Shown here piece after piece: positions 1-10,081 of a DNA stretch of 64,000 nt. The notes beneath the pieces were generated by a model. The model was given only the letters and a program-made list of their open reading frames with translations. It did no database searches and was not told the origin of the DNA. Within the stretch, counting starts at the first letter, position 1; each line of letters begins with the position of its first letter. Location of the stretch: assembly GCA_963675665.1 (NCBI GenBank), contig OY776510.1, positions 4,768,001 through 4,832,000 of the forward strand, in the 5' to 3' direction. Both the position numbers and the translations under genes were made by a program. The stretch comes from Spirochaetia bacterium (lineage in GTDB: Bacteria; Spirochaetota; Spirochaetia; UBA9216).

Positions 1-765
1 GAATGCGGCATCGGATTCAGCAAAAGCGAGTATGTCGCTGTTTACCCCAGAATCAGCCTCGAGTTTTCTTCCCCATGCAGCTTCAGCAGCCGATCTGAAT
101 TCTGCAGTCGAAACAGCGGATGTTGAATCTTCCGGAGTCTTTTTCAGTCGTGATGAAATCACTTCCGCGATCTTTTTATGCAGATGTTCGATATCCGCAG
201 GAGTCTCCCCGGATACAAAAAGACCGTGGTTTTGCAGGAATATCATCTCCGGATATCGCTTTCCGGCTTCGGCGGCAGCTTCGAGATTTTTTTTTATTTC
301 GCCTGCAAGAATATAACCGGGACGGGTAAGAGGAACCCAGAGAGCACTGTCGCCGAACAGTCCGGCCAGCTCAGCCTCTCCGCAGCGGCCGCAGGTCAGT
401 CCGTTAATCAGAGCAGGATGCGTATGGACTACAAGCCTTCCCTTAATCAGTGAATGAAGCAGGGCCTCCACGCTCGGCCGGGCCGTTTGCCCCTCCGTAC
501 GCGCCTTCATCATATCTGCAAGCACCTCTGCTTCACGCTTCTTCTCATCAGCCGGGTACGTTTTCTTCCATATGGAATTCAGGGATTCAAGGTTCATCTC
601 AACAAATCCCTGTTCCTCAATGGTTGAAAGCTTAAAACCTGAGGCCTTTACATACATCAGCCCGTTTTCCTTCATGGATGTATTACCGCCTCCGACAAGC
701 ACCCAATCCGGATCACTTCCGTATTTCCTTGATACTTTTATGAGATCGCTTAAATCAGCGCTCAT
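1..765 (-). CDS. Class II aldolase, rhamnulose-1-phosphate aldolase-like (possibly the N-terminal half of a bifunctional aldolase/SDR, RhaEW/YuxG type); runs off the left edge
   Basis: Not in the ORF track. Hand translation from ATG 765 gives MSADLSDLIKVSRKYGSDPDWVLVGGGNTS...RPSVEALLH...VVHTHP...LQNHGL (class II aldolase Zn-His motifs). AGGAG RBS; starts 3 nt after the rhaA stop. Confidence 0.85.
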   Translation of the reverse strand, partial: MSADLSDLIKVSRKYGSDPDWVLVGGGNTSMKENGLMYVKASGFKLSTIEEQGFVEMNLESLNSIWKKTYPADEKKREAEVLADMMKARTEGQTARPSVEALLHSLIKGRLVVHTHPALINGLTCGRCGEAELAGLFGDSALWVPLTRPGYILAGEIKKNLEAAAEAGKRYPEMIFLQNHGLFVSGETPADIEHLHKKIAEVISSRLKKTPEDSTSAVSTAEFRSAAEAAWGRKLEADSGVNSDILAFAESDAAF

Positions 766-768
766 TTG

Positions 769-2034
769 TCAACTCCTTTTGAAAAGAATATCTTTTTCAT
801 ATTTCTGTACTTCGCTGAAGATTTCCGATTCTGCAGGGACGCCTTCCTGTCTGCAGTAATAATCCCACACGGCACCGAACGGCAGTGATTTAAGACGTTC
901 AAGCAGAGCCATTCTGCCGTAATAATCTCCCGATTCTTCAAAAGCAACCAGTCTGTCCGTCGGCTCCAGCATTGCCAGAAGAAGCCCCTTCATGGTAGCG
1001 CGGGCGCCTGTCGTCCAGGCCCCTATCCGGTTAAGGGTTCCGTCGAAAAAATCAAGACCGATATGAATATCTTCCAGCCTGTTCGACCTGACTATCTCTT
1101 CTGTCAGGAAACGGATGTCATCATTAAGTATTACTACATGGTCGCTGTCCCATCGCATGGGGCGGCTGACATGCAGCAGCAGTTCGCTGTTAAAGAGCAG
1201 GGTTGACGAGATCTTGTCTGCAATAAGTTCGGTCGGATGAAAGTGTCCGAGATCAAGGCAGGGCATTTTACCGCTTTTTAGTGCATAACCCATATAAAAC
1301 TCATGGGAGCCTACAACATAGGCTTCCGAGCCTATTCCGAACAGTTTCGTTTCAACAGCGTCCCTGACATATTCTTCGGGAAGGTCTTCGGCAAAAACCT
1401 CATCCAGGGAGTCTTTCAGAATCCGCCTGTAACCCATTCTGTCTACCGGAATATCCTTCATACCGTCCGGGATCCAGACATTCTCAATTGACGGGCTTCC
1501 CTGGTTCTTTCCGAATTCGGCGGCAATCAGCCTGACTCTTTTTGCATGTTCAATCCAGAAATCGCGGATTCCCCTGTTTTTGCTTGAAAGCGTAAAACCG
1601 TCGTCGGCCTTAGGATGCGAAAAGAATGAGCCGTTGAAATCCATAGGGATCTTATTTGTCTTCGACCATTCCATCCAGCCGGCGAAGTGCTCAGGTTTAA
1701 TTTCATCACGATCTACAGATTTCCCGCCGAACTCGCCGTATATCGCATGCAGGTTCAGCCTGTGACTTCCGGGAATAATCGAATAAACCTTTTCAAGATC
1801 TGCCTGAAGCTCAGCGACATTTCGGGCCTTGCCCGGATGATTACCGGTAACCTGAATTCCGCCTCCGCCGAGAACAGCATCTGGAGTCTCGAATCCTCCG
1901 ACATCGTCTCCCTGCCAGCAGTGCAGCGATAAAGGTACTCTTTTAAGTTTTTCAAGAGCCGCAGCCGGATCCACGCCCAGTTCACCATACTGCTCAACGG
2001 CAATTTCCCATGCTTTCTGTATATTATCAGCCAT
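769..2034 (-). CDS. rhaA: L-rhamnose isomerase
   Basis: 421 aa; SLHCWQGDDVGGFE, KLFGIGSEAYVVGSHEFY, DLGHFHPTE and RWDSDHVV motifs. Confidence 0.96.
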   Translation of the reverse strand: MADNIQKAWEIAVEQYGELGVDPAAALEKLKRVPLSLHCWQGDDVGGFETPDAVLGGGGIQVTGNHPGKARNVAELQADLEKVYSIIPGSHRLNLHAIYGEFGGKSVDRDEIKPEHFAGWMEWSKTNKIPMDFNGSFFSHPKADDGFTLSSKNRGIRDFWIEHAKRVRLIAAEFGKNQGSPSIENVWIPDGMKDIPVDRMGYRRILKDSLDEVFAEDLPEEYVRDAVETKLFGIGSEAYVVGSHEFYMGYALKSGKMPCLDLGHFHPTELIADKISSTLLFNSELLLHVSRPMRWDSDHVVILNDDIRFLTEEIVRSNRLEDIHIGLDFFDGTLNRIGAWTTGARATMKGLLLAMLEPTDRLVAFEESGDYYGRMALLERLKSLPFGAVWDYYCRQEGVPAESEIFSEVQKYEKDILFKRS

Positions 2035-2055
2035 AAATTTCCTCCTGTAAATTTT

Positions 2056-2073
2056 CCTGCCATGGAAGGCAGG
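2056..2073 (-). repeat. Short GC-stem hairpin with NUCCAU loop in the rhaA 5' leader (copy 1 of 3)
   Basis: + strand CCTGCC-ATGGAA-GGCAGG, 21 nt upstream of the rhaA ATG, just downstream of a minus-strand TATACT (2089-2084). Confidence 0.7.
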
Positions 2074-2120
2074 TGATAAATTCAGTATAATCAGAATAAA
2101 CCCGGAATCAAATATCCGCC

Positions 2121-2149
2121 TTGACTAAACAGTCATATTTTAGCACAAT
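2121..2149 (+). promoter_or_regulatory. Sigma-70 promoter of the AraC gene (probably leaderless mRNA)
   Basis: TTGACT-17 bp-CACAAT, 8 nt before ATG 2158; no SD. Confidence 0.55.
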
Positions 2150-2157
2150 TCCGTCAG

Positions 2158-3048
2158 ATGATTGAGCAAATCAAACCTCATCTTACCGATAACGACGTTT
2201 TTCCTGATGCTGATTTCAGGCTTTCAGTATTAAGGCGATCACCCCAGATTCCCTTCCCGAAGCATACTCACGATTTTACGGAACTGGTAATCGTATACGG
2301 CGGAAGCGGTACGCATTTTACGGAAAATGAAGAATACTCTGTTGCAAGCGGTGATGTTTTTATTCTTACAGGAGATCGCGCGCATGGATACCGGAATTTA
2401 AACAATCTTCAGTTAATTAATGTCATTTTCAACAGAAGACTATTACAGTTAAAACCTTTTTCTGGTTTCGACCTTGATTCAATAAGCGGATATCACGCTC
2501 TTTTTACCTGGGAACCAAGACTGCGAACCGAGCATGAATTCAAGAGCAGACTGCGGCTCAGCCACTCCGATCTGAATACAGCATTAAAGATTACGGAAAG
2601 AATCGAAAAGGAACTCGGGGCATGCCGGCCAGGTTACAAGGCCATGGTATTCGCCCGGTTTATTCAACTTTGCGGATTCTTAAGCCGCCGCTATGAAGCC
2701 AGCTCTACACCGGGAATGAAGGAACTGTCCAGAATAAGCGGAGTATTAAGTTATATGGAAAACAACATAACCAGGTCAATTCCGGTATCAGAATTGACCG
2801 AACTTGCCGGGATGTCGGAAAGTACGCTGCTCCGCTTTTTTAACCGAACAACAGGCAGCAGCCCTGTCGAATATCACAACCGCCTCAGAATAGATAATGC
2901 ATGCAGACTCTTAAAAGAAACAGATAAAACTGTTACCGAGATTGCATTCGACCTGGGTTTTTCAGACAGTAATTATCTAAGCAGGATGTTTAAAAAAATA
3001 ATCGGAATTCCTCCGGGGCAATGGAGAAAGAAAAACCAGGATGAATAA
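2158..3048 (+). CDS. AraC-family regulator, RhaS/RhaR-like
   Basis: Cupin N-terminus (HTHDFTELVIV...G.G.H), C-terminal AraC HTH (IAFDLGFSDSNYLSRMFKK); divergent from rhaA. Confidence 0.9.
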   Translation: MIEQIKPHLTDNDVFPDADFRLSVLRRSPQIPFPKHTHDFTELVIVYGGSGTHFTENEEYSVASGDVFILTGDRAHGYRNLNNLQLINVIFNRRLLQLKPFSGFDLDSISGYHALFTWEPRLRTEHEFKSRLRLSHSDLNTALKITERIEKELGACRPGYKAMVFARFIQLCGFLSRRYEASSTPGMKELSRISGVLSYMENNITRSIPVSELTELAGMSESTLLRFFNRTTGSSPVEYHNRLRIDNACRLLKETDKTVTEIAFDLGFSDSNYLSRMFKKIIGIPPGQWRKKNQDE

Positions 3049-3077
3049 TGAAACTGCCGAAAAAACGAGTTAATTAC

Positions 3078-3110
3078 AAAAAAAGCCGCGGTTTTTTCTC
3101 TGCGGCTTTT
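3078..3110. terminator. Bidirectional intrinsic terminator
   Basis: A-tract AAAAGCCGCGG...CTGCGGCTTTT between convergent araC and aor genes. Confidence 0.7.
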
Positions 3111-3139
3111 CCAGGAGGATATATCTGATTAATATTTAA

Positions 3140-5044
3140 TCAATAAATCTCATCTATAACCCAACCGAGATCAAGTTCATGTAACTTTGCGCATCTAGGC
3201 CGTCCTTCTTCATCCCAATTCATCATTTCATAAAGGAGATCTATTGCTTTATTGAATTCAACTTCATCTATCCTTGCATCATCAAGATTTTCTTTTTTTA
3301 GAAATTCATACATTCGTTCAGGAAGCTTATCGTCTTTGCGTCTATAGCCCTCTCTGATATTGAATGCCTTGGCAAGATTTACACGACGCTCACCCAGTTT
3401 CATAACCTCCCAAAGACTGTTCTCCCACCCTGTTACAGCATCCATAATATCAATAAGGTGCTTCATTGTAAAAGATCGGACCGGGGCAAAAGTCAGCACA
3501 CAAAGTGTGAGAGAATCCATAAAACTGAAATGATTTTGAAGGTATACAAAATTTCTGACCTTTTCAGGTCCGATATACTGAGAATTTAAACGCTTGAGAA
3601 TACCGAGAGGTTTTGCCTGTTCAACATATACTTCAGGCGCAAACTCATCAAAGTCGTTATCATGCTCTACCACAACATGATCTCCACCGATAGGCGAACA
3701 TGCATAACCAAGACCAACGCCGGTTTTTACACGTGGGTCATGTAGCGCCAACTCCATTCCCTTCGTATGTATGGCGTATTTATCGCTACCCTTGCCGATA
3801 ATTTCAGAAGCCTTCTTTGTTCCTTCAGCAAGCAGTGCTCCGAACGGTCCTTTCCTGAAAACTATTCTGTCGATTAAATCAAGCACAAGAGCTTCATTAC
3901 CGAATTCCAGTTTTAATCCGTCAGTATCTTCTTCCGTTAAAATTCCGTTTTCAAAACATTCTATTGCAAAAGAAATCGTCATTCCTGTTGAGATTGTATC
4001 AATGCTATATTTATTGCACAGCTCATTTGCCTTGGCTACATATTCAATATTTGTTATGCCAAGATTTGAACCGAATGAGGACAGCGTCTCGTATTCAGGC
4101 CCTCCATAAAATGGGTCTACATTATAAGGTTCACCGGTCTTCACAACACGTTTACATGCTACCTGGCAAGCCCAACACCTTTCGCCTTTTTCCAGTATGG
4201 TTTCAGACATATAAGTACCTGATAACTTTTCTCCATCTTCAATAGAACCGTACTTAAAGTTTTTTGTAGGGAACTCTTCAAGCTCAACCTGATGTGAAAC
4301 ATAATCTGCTGATCCAAAATCATGACCGCTTTTGTTCGCAGGATTGTTCATATAATTGGCCCCAAACCATTTGCCATGCTCAATAATTCTGTCTCTATCA
4401 AAAAACTCCGGCTTATTTGTGCCCCGGCACACTACAGCTTTCAGGTTTTTCGAACCCATTACAGCCCCGGAGCCTCCACGGCCGTTTGCATGCTTACACT
4501 CATTCAGGATACATGCATATCTGACCAAATTCTCACCGCCGGGACCAATAAGCAGCATACGGGATTTCGGCTCACCAATTTCCTCACGAATTATTTTCTG
4601 GGCTTCACCGGTAACCCTTCCCCATACACTTTCGGCGTTTCGGATACTGACTTCTCCATTATTAATATACAAATAAACAGGTTTTTCCGACTTCCCCTTC
4701 ACTACAACTGCGTCAAAACCTGAAAATTTAAGTTCAGGCCCCCAGTATCCGCCTGCTTCCGAATCCAGAAAAGCATTTGTCAGCGGTGATTTTGTCGTAA
4801 CTGCATGTCTTGAGAAACCTGCAAGCGGGGTTCCGGTAAGAATACTTGCTGAAAACACTATTACATTTTCAGCACTAAGCGGATCAATATTCGCTTTCAT
4901 TTCTTTTAATAAGTAATAAGCTCCCAGACATCCCCCACCCATATATGTTCTATAAAAGACTTCATCCGGTTCTTCTATATAATGAGTATGATCTGTCAAA
5001 TTTACATGTAAAATCCTTCCATTATACCCAAACGGCATTTCCAC
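3140..5044 (-). CDS. W/Mo-pterin aldehyde:ferredoxin oxidoreductase family protein (AOR 1)
   Basis: 634 aa; KSPLT, GRGGSGAVMGSKNLKAV, CWACQVAC, GPEYET, IDTIS, GGDH and DSLTLC motifs; ATG 5038 is an alternative start. Confidence 0.92.
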   Translation of the reverse strand: MEMPFGYNGRILHVNLTDHTHYIEEPDEVFYRTYMGGGCLGAYYLLKEMKANIDPLSAENVIVFSASILTGTPLAGFSRHAVTTKSPLTNAFLDSEAGGYWGPELKFSGFDAVVVKGKSEKPVYLYINNGEVSIRNAESVWGRVTGEAQKIIREEIGEPKSRMLLIGPGGENLVRYACILNECKHANGRGGSGAVMGSKNLKAVVCRGTNKPEFFDRDRIIEHGKWFGANYMNNPANKSGHDFGSADYVSHQVELEEFPTKNFKYGSIEDGEKLSGTYMSETILEKGERCWACQVACKRVVKTGEPYNVDPFYGGPEYETLSSFGSNLGITNIEYVAKANELCNKYSIDTISTGMTISFAIECFENGILTEEDTDGLKLEFGNEALVLDLIDRIVFRKGPFGALLAEGTKKASEIIGKGSDKYAIHTKGMELALHDPRVKTGVGLGYACSPIGGDHVVVEHDNDFDEFAPEVYVEQAKPLGILKRLNSQYIGPEKVRNFVYLQNHFSFMDSLTLCVLTFAPVRSFTMKHLIDIMDAVTGWENSLWEVMKLGERRVNLAKAFNIREGYRRKDDKLPERMYEFLKKENLDDARIDEVEFNKAIDLLYEMMNWDEEGRPRCAKLHELDLGWVIDEIY

Positions 5045-5061
5045 TCTCCTTCATTGAAAAA

Positions 5062-5346
5062 TCAGCCTCCTGCAAGAGGGGGCAAAAGTATGAGTTTATC
5101 TCCGTCTTCCAGAATTTCATCAGGAAGAACCCTCTTTCTGTTTTTAATACAAAGCCACATAAACCCATACTTCTCTGAAAAGAGTATGTTCCTAAGCGTA
5201 TGATCATATTTAATGCATAATCCTTCTGCCAAAGCAATAAAATTCGAACCCTTCTCAATTTGAATCACAATTTCATCTTTCCCGATTATCTTTTTTAATT
5301 GTGATCTCAAGACCAAATTAATTGTTATCAAAGACTTTTCCTTCAT
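5062..5346 (-). CDS. MoaD/ThiS-family sulfur carrier
   Basis: 94 aa ending LLPPLAGG (di-Gly); directly upstream of AOR 1. Confidence 0.85.
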   Translation of the reverse strand: MKEKSLITINLVLRSQLKKIIGKDEIVIQIEKGSNFIALAEGLCIKYDHTLRNILFSEKYGFMWLCIKNRKRVLPDEILEDGDKLILLPPLAGG

Positions 5347-5370
5347 TAAAAACAGGATTATACTTATGTA

Positions 5371-5397
5371 TTCCCGGCGACCATAGGCTGCCGGGAA
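5371..5397 (-). terminator. Stem-loop 3' of the SBP gene (terminator or mRNA stabiliser)
   Basis: TTCCCGGC...GCCGGGAA inverted repeat. Confidence 0.5.
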
Positions 5398-5446
5398 ACA
5401 AACTTGTTAAAGCTGTATGGGAGAACATTCTTCCATACGGCTTTTT

Positions 5447-6487
5447 TTAGAAATCAAAGTTGTCAATATTGTTTTTATCGAAAACTGTCGGTGGACCTGT
5501 AATTACTATTCTCTTCCCGCCGATTTCTCTGTCTCCGAGACCGGGAACATTGAATTTTGCTCCTTCTGTTGCATTAATTTCACCTGTTGCAAGAGCTGCT
5601 GAAAGATAAGCTGCCAGGTATCCTTCATCAAACGGGCTCCAGAGGGCAAAAGCCGTTACAGTTCCATTTTTAACGAATCTTCTCATCTGATTCGGCGTAC
5701 CAAGACCGGTAACCTGCAGCTGCGGAGCTCTTCCCGCATTCTCTACGACCTGAGCGGACGCTGCAACACCTACGGTTGTCGGTGAAATTATACCTCTGAG
5801 TTCCGGATACTTTGTAAGAAGAGCTTCAGCTTCTGTAGTACTTTTCTGCGGATCATCATCGCCGTATACTATGTCGACCAGTTTCATCTTTGAATACTTG
5901 GAGTTTTTTAAGGTTTCTTTCATGCCTTCAATCCAGTAATTCTGATCCGGAGCATCCGTTGTTGCACTAACGATTGCAATATCTCCTTCGTAATCGATAA
6001 GAGAACCCATAAGTTCAATCTGGCTTGAACCGGTAACTTCAAAATCCATGGGAAGAACAGCTGCATCTCTGTAGTCTTCGCTTCCGGGAATATCGGAATT
6101 GACAATTATAATCTTTATTCCCTTATCCATAGCCTGTTTGAATACCTGGTTCAGGGCATCCGGACTATTAGGCGAAATGGCAATTACATCGACGCCTCTC
6201 TGGATCTGTGTCTTGATGAAAGGGATCTGAGAAGTTGCTTCGGCGGTAGCCGGTGCAACAGTTGTAAAACTGAATCCAAGCTCTTCCGAAGCTTTTTTAA
6301 ATCCGCCGATAATCGAATCGAAATACGGATTGCCGGTATTCTTCGGAATATAGACAATATCCAGATCTGCAGCAGTCTTTGCTTCTGCACCGGCAGCAGC
6401 CTCTTGCTGTCCGCCTGCATATGCATTGAAAATACATCCAAGACTTGTTAAAAGCACAAGCAGGACAATTAGAGTTTTCTTTTTCAT
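5447..6487 (-). CDS. Rhamnose-type (RhaS/LsrB-like) sugar ABC substrate-binding protein
   Basis: IPKNTGNPYF, TDAPDQNYWI, ISPTTVG and VTGLGTPNQM motifs; signal peptide ending AYAGGQQE. Confidence 0.85.
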   Translation of the reverse strand: MKKKTLIVLLVLLTSLGCIFNAYAGGQQEAAAGAEAKTAADLDIVYIPKNTGNPYFDSIIGGFKKASEELGFSFTTVAPATAEATSQIPFIKTQIQRGVDVIAISPNSPDALNQVFKQAMDKGIKIIIVNSDIPGSEDYRDAAVLPMDFEVTGSSQIELMGSLIDYEGDIAIVSATTDAPDQNYWIEGMKETLKNSKYSKMKLVDIVYGDDDPQKSTTEAEALLTKYPELRGIISPTTVGVAASAQVVENAGRAPQLQVTGLGTPNQMRRFVKNGTVTAFALWSPFDEGYLAAYLSAALATGEINATEGAKFNVPGLGDREIGGKRIVITGPPTVFDKNNIDNFDF

Positions 6488-6538
6488 GAAACTCCTCCTT
6501 AAATAATATTTGCAGCAGGAAACTCCTGCTTAACACCC

Positions 6539-7543
6539 TTATTTTCGCTTACTGTATATGTAATTCGACAATACGATTGCAAAAATCAGTAAGAATCCGA
6601 GTACAGTAAGCTGTTTTTCTATCTTGATATTGGCTACGCTCATACCGGTTTTAAGACATACAAGCACAAAGAAAGCTATAAACGTACCTATAACATTTCC
6701 GCGGCCGCCGTTGATATCCGCTCCACCGAGCAGGGCAATCGTAACCACCTCCAATTCCCCGCCGCTTGCAAGATTATACCGGGCAATTCCAAGCCGGGAC
6801 ATCATCATTATTCCGCCGAAAGCCGATACGACTCCCGACATAATGAAAAGTATCATTTTGATATTTTTCACATTAATTCCCGAATAGATAGCGGCTCTTT
6901 CACTTGTACCGAGAGCATACACCTGCCTGCCGAATACGGATTTATTCAGAATAATCGCCATGATAACAAACAAAATGATAAAGACAATAAGGGGAGCAGG
7001 AATAAATCCGAATAAATATTTCATATCAATTCCTACAAACCAGTCGGGAAAATGACCTATCGAATGATCGCCAAGAAGAACCTGAGCAAGTCCGCGAAAC
7101 AGAGACAGTGTTCCAATTGTAACAATAATAGGAGGCAGCGAAAATTTTGTTATTATAAATCCATTGAAAGCGCCTAGCGCTGCACCGGTAATGAGACCTA
7201 TGATCAGAGTTATGCCGAAAGGCAGCCCTTTTTCATAAAGCGTTGCTGAAAAACAGGCTACAAGCGCCATTGAGGAAGCTACCGACAGATCAATCTGGCC
7301 ACTAATTATCACAAAGGTCAGAATTATAGCAATTATTCCATATTCTATATACATTGAAGAAGAATCAAGCACAAAGAACAGATCTCTGAAATACGGCGAC
7401 AATACCGAACCGAGAATAATGCTGGCCAGCAGCATGAATATTGTTCCGAATTCCGGATGAAGAAAACGGTTATGTTTTTCGACCGAATTGGAAGACTTTA
7501 TCATTGATGTTTTTGTATTGTTAATCTTTTCTGCTGTATTCAT
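6539..7543 (-). CDS. Sugar ABC permease (RhaQ/LsrD-like)
   Basis: Hydrophobic; GQIDLSV, IIVTIGTL, ELEVVTIALLGG. Confidence 0.9.
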   Translation of the reverse strand: MNTAEKINNTKTSMIKSSNSVEKHNRFLHPEFGTIFMLLASIILGSVLSPYFRDLFFVLDSSSMYIEYGIIAIILTFVIISGQIDLSVASSMALVACFSATLYEKGLPFGITLIIGLITGAALGAFNGFIITKFSLPPIIVTIGTLSLFRGLAQVLLGDHSIGHFPDWFVGIDMKYLFGFIPAPLIVFIILFVIMAIILNKSVFGRQVYALGTSERAAIYSGINVKNIKMILFIMSGVVSAFGGIMMMSRLGIARYNLASGGELEVVTIALLGGADINGGRGNVIGTFIAFFVLVCLKTGMSVANIKIEKQLTVLGFLLIFAIVLSNYIYSKRK

Positions 7544-8550
7544 TATTTATTTACTCCTGCAGCTTCTACCCTGTTCTGAACTGTTTTATCTACTACAAGC
7601 GCAATCAAAATGATAATTCCGTACATAGCCTGCTGCCAAAACGCAGATATGCCAAGTACTGCAAGCGCTGTGTTCACAATACCAAGGAGAATACAGCCGA
7701 TAACTACGCCAAGAACAGATCCGGTTCCTCCTGAAACACTGGTTCCTCCGATTACTGTCGCAGCAATTACCGTAAACTCGAACCCGACTCCTGTTATAGC
7801 AGGGTTTACATAACCGAAACGTGAAGCATACATAATTCCTGCAAAACCTGCACAGCCGCCAGCTATTAGATAAATCAGTATAATTACTCTGTTAACATTT
7901 ATACCTCTGAGTTTGGCGGCTTTAAGATTACTTCCTATTGCATAGATTTCTCGTCCATAATGTGAGTACTTCATAAATATATGCGCAACAACCGCAATAA
8001 ATGCAGCAAAGATTATTATCCACGGGATAATCACTATGGACGGTTGCGAAAGCTGAATCAATTTTTCAGGGATATAATTAGGGTCAATCTGCCTTCCGCC
8101 GCTGACAATAAACAGCAGCCCTCTGTAGCCGTTAAGCGTTCCAAGAGTTACTATTATTGCCGGTATTTTCAATTTTGAGATCAGTACGCCATTAAAAAAA
8201 CCGAGGATTGCTCCAACCAGAGTTCCAAGAATAAATGCCGGGAGAACCGGAAAACAAGGATTTTGAATAAAAAGCAGACCGACAGCAATACCTGCAAAAC
8301 CCAGAATAGAACCCAGCGACAAATCGATATTGCCGGTTATAATTACCATCATTTCGCCCATTGCAACAACAATAATAAGCGGAACATAAAGAAGTATACT
8401 TTTAATATTATCATACAGCAGAAAATTCGGTTCAATAACTGCTACCACTACAAAAGCCAGAACTGCAGTTACAAGTACACCCATTTCCCTCATTCTGAAT
8501 ATTTGTCCAATTTTGCTGATTTTCACAGTCTGTGTTTCAATGCTCATCAT
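7543..8550 (-). CDS. Sugar ABC permease (RhaP/LsrC-like)
   Basis: GNIDLSLGS, GREIYAIGSN, EFTVIAATVIGGTS. Confidence 0.9.
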   Translation of the reverse strand: MMSIETQTVKISKIGQIFRMREMGVLVTAVLAFVVVAVIEPNFLLYDNIKSILLYVPLIIVVAMGEMMVIITGNIDLSLGSILGFAGIAVGLLFIQNPCFPVLPAFILGTLVGAILGFFNGVLISKLKIPAIIVTLGTLNGYRGLLFIVSGGRQIDPNYIPEKLIQLSQPSIVIIPWIIIFAAFIAVVAHIFMKYSHYGREIYAIGSNLKAAKLRGINVNRVIILIYLIAGGCAGFAGIMYASRFGYVNPAITGVGFEFTVIAATVIGGTSVSGGTGSVLGVVIGCILLGIVNTALAVLGISAFWQQAMYGIIILIALVVDKTVQNRVEAAGVNK

Positions 8551-10064
8551 ACGACAATATCCTTTTCGATTTTCTTGGTTGCGGCAGTCATTATGGCATT
8601 ATCCGTTATTTCACCGCCTTCAAATACTCCGGTAATCAAACCCTCTTTCATTACAAGAACTTTATCGCTGAGAGATGTTATTTCCGGAAGCTCGGAAGAT
8701 ATCATTACAATAGCCTTACCTTGTGCGGACAGTTCATTAATAATCTTATATACTTCTTCTTTCGCACCGACATCTATTCCTCTCGTCGGTTCATCGAGGA
8801 TCAGTATCTCGGGTTCAGGCAGCAGCCATTTTGCAATTACTACTTTCTGCTGATTGCCGCCGGAGAGCTCCTGCACAGCCTGGTTTCCATCCCTCATCTT
8901 GATATTCAGTTTTTTTCGGTATTCTTCGCACAGTTCTTTTTCTTTTTCCTGATCAACCCATCCATTCTTCGATATTTGCCAGGGAACCGAATAGGTCATA
9001 TTTCGGGCGATACCATACGGCAGAAACAGCCCCTCGTACTGCCGGTCTTCAGGAAGATAACACATCTTCTTCCTTATTGACTCCATCGGATTGTTAATCA
9101 CAACAGATTCCCCCCGAAGCAGGAGTTCACCGGAATCATGGGAATCTATTCCGAAGATAGCCCTTGCCACCTCGCTCCGGCCGGCACCAACCAGACCGGC
9201 GAGTCCTACAATTTCTCCGGCCCGTACTGAAAAACTGATATCGCTGAAAATTCCATGTGATCCGAAATTCTTCACTTCGAGCAGCACATCACCTTTTGCA
9301 GTCTTTTCACGATGAATATGGTCCTTCATTTCACGCCCGATCATCAGTTCGATCAGTTTCTGCTTTGTTACTTCGCTCGTATTATAAGTGCCGATGTAAT
9401 TTCCATCCCTTAGCACACTGATTCTGTCCGATATTTCGAGTACTTCATCAAGCCTGTGGCTGATAAAGACAAACGATTTACCCTGTTTTTTCAGGTTGGT
9501 TACTATTCTGAAAAGATTGTCAACTTCACCCGGCGTTAAAGAAGCAGTCGGTTCATCCATGATAATCAGTTCGGCATTTTGAGACAGGGCACTGATGATT
9601 TCCACCATCTGCTGATCAGCAATCGACATTCCTTTAGTCTTTGCTGCAGGATTTAGTTTGACATCGAGCGAGTCAAGAAGCTGTTGTGATCTGATATATA
9701 TATCTTTCCAATCTATTGAAAATTTATAGTCCTTTCTGGTATGACCCGCAAAAATATTTTCTGCCACATCCAAATCAGGAAAAACCAGCGGTTCCTGATG
9801 TATTAGAGCAATACCGTTTTCTATTGCGTCATGCGGATTTCTGAAATTTACTCTTTCTCCGTTAAGTTCCAGGTGCCCTGTTGTGGGTTGATGCACGCCG
9901 GCAACTATATTCATTAGCGTAGATTTTCCGGCACCGTTTTCTCCAATTACAGCATGCACTTCACCCATACTGATCTTTATATTTACATCTTTAAGAACAC
10001 GCACTCCGCTAAATTCTTTGACAATATCAATAGCCGCTATTAATGGCTTTTGATTTTCCTCCAT
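8547..10064 (-). CDS. Sugar ABC ATP-binding protein (tandem NBD, RbsA/RhaT type)
   Basis: GENGAGKST, LSGGNQQK, DEPTRG; start moved from 10079 to ATG 10064, which follows AAGGAG. Confidence 0.93.
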   Translation of the reverse strand: MEENQKPLIAAIDIVKEFSGVRVLKDVNIKISMGEVHAVIGENGAGKSTLMNIVAGVHQPTTGHLELNGERVNFRNPHDAIENGIALIHQEPLVFPDLDVAENIFAGHTRKDYKFSIDWKDIYIRSQQLLDSLDVKLNPAAKTKGMSIADQQMVEIISALSQNAELIIMDEPTASLTPGEVDNLFRIVTNLKKQGKSFVFISHRLDEVLEISDRISVLRDGNYIGTYNTSEVTKQKLIELMIGREMKDHIHREKTAKGDVLLEVKNFGSHGIFSDISFSVRAGEIVGLAGLVGAGRSEVARAIFGIDSHDSGELLLRGESVVINNPMESIRKKMCYLPEDRQYEGLFLPYGIARNMTYSVPWQISKNGWVDQEKEKELCEEYRKKLNIKMRDGNQAVQELSGGNQQKVVIAKWLLPEPEILILDEPTRGIDVGAKEEVYKIINELSAQGKAIVMISSELPEITSLSDKVLVMKEGLITGVFEGGEITDNAIMTAATKKIEKDIVV

Positions 10065-10081
10065 AAACACTCCTTCCATAT

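Noticed and set aside
32-859. Several short + strand ORFs
   Set aside because: They are antisense shadows of the minus-strand aldolase and rhaA.
2056-2073. Hairpins as CsrA-binding ANGGA loops
   Set aside because: The ATGGA loop is on the strand antisense to the downstream genes; the mRNA carries UCCAU. It would apply only if antisense transcripts exist.
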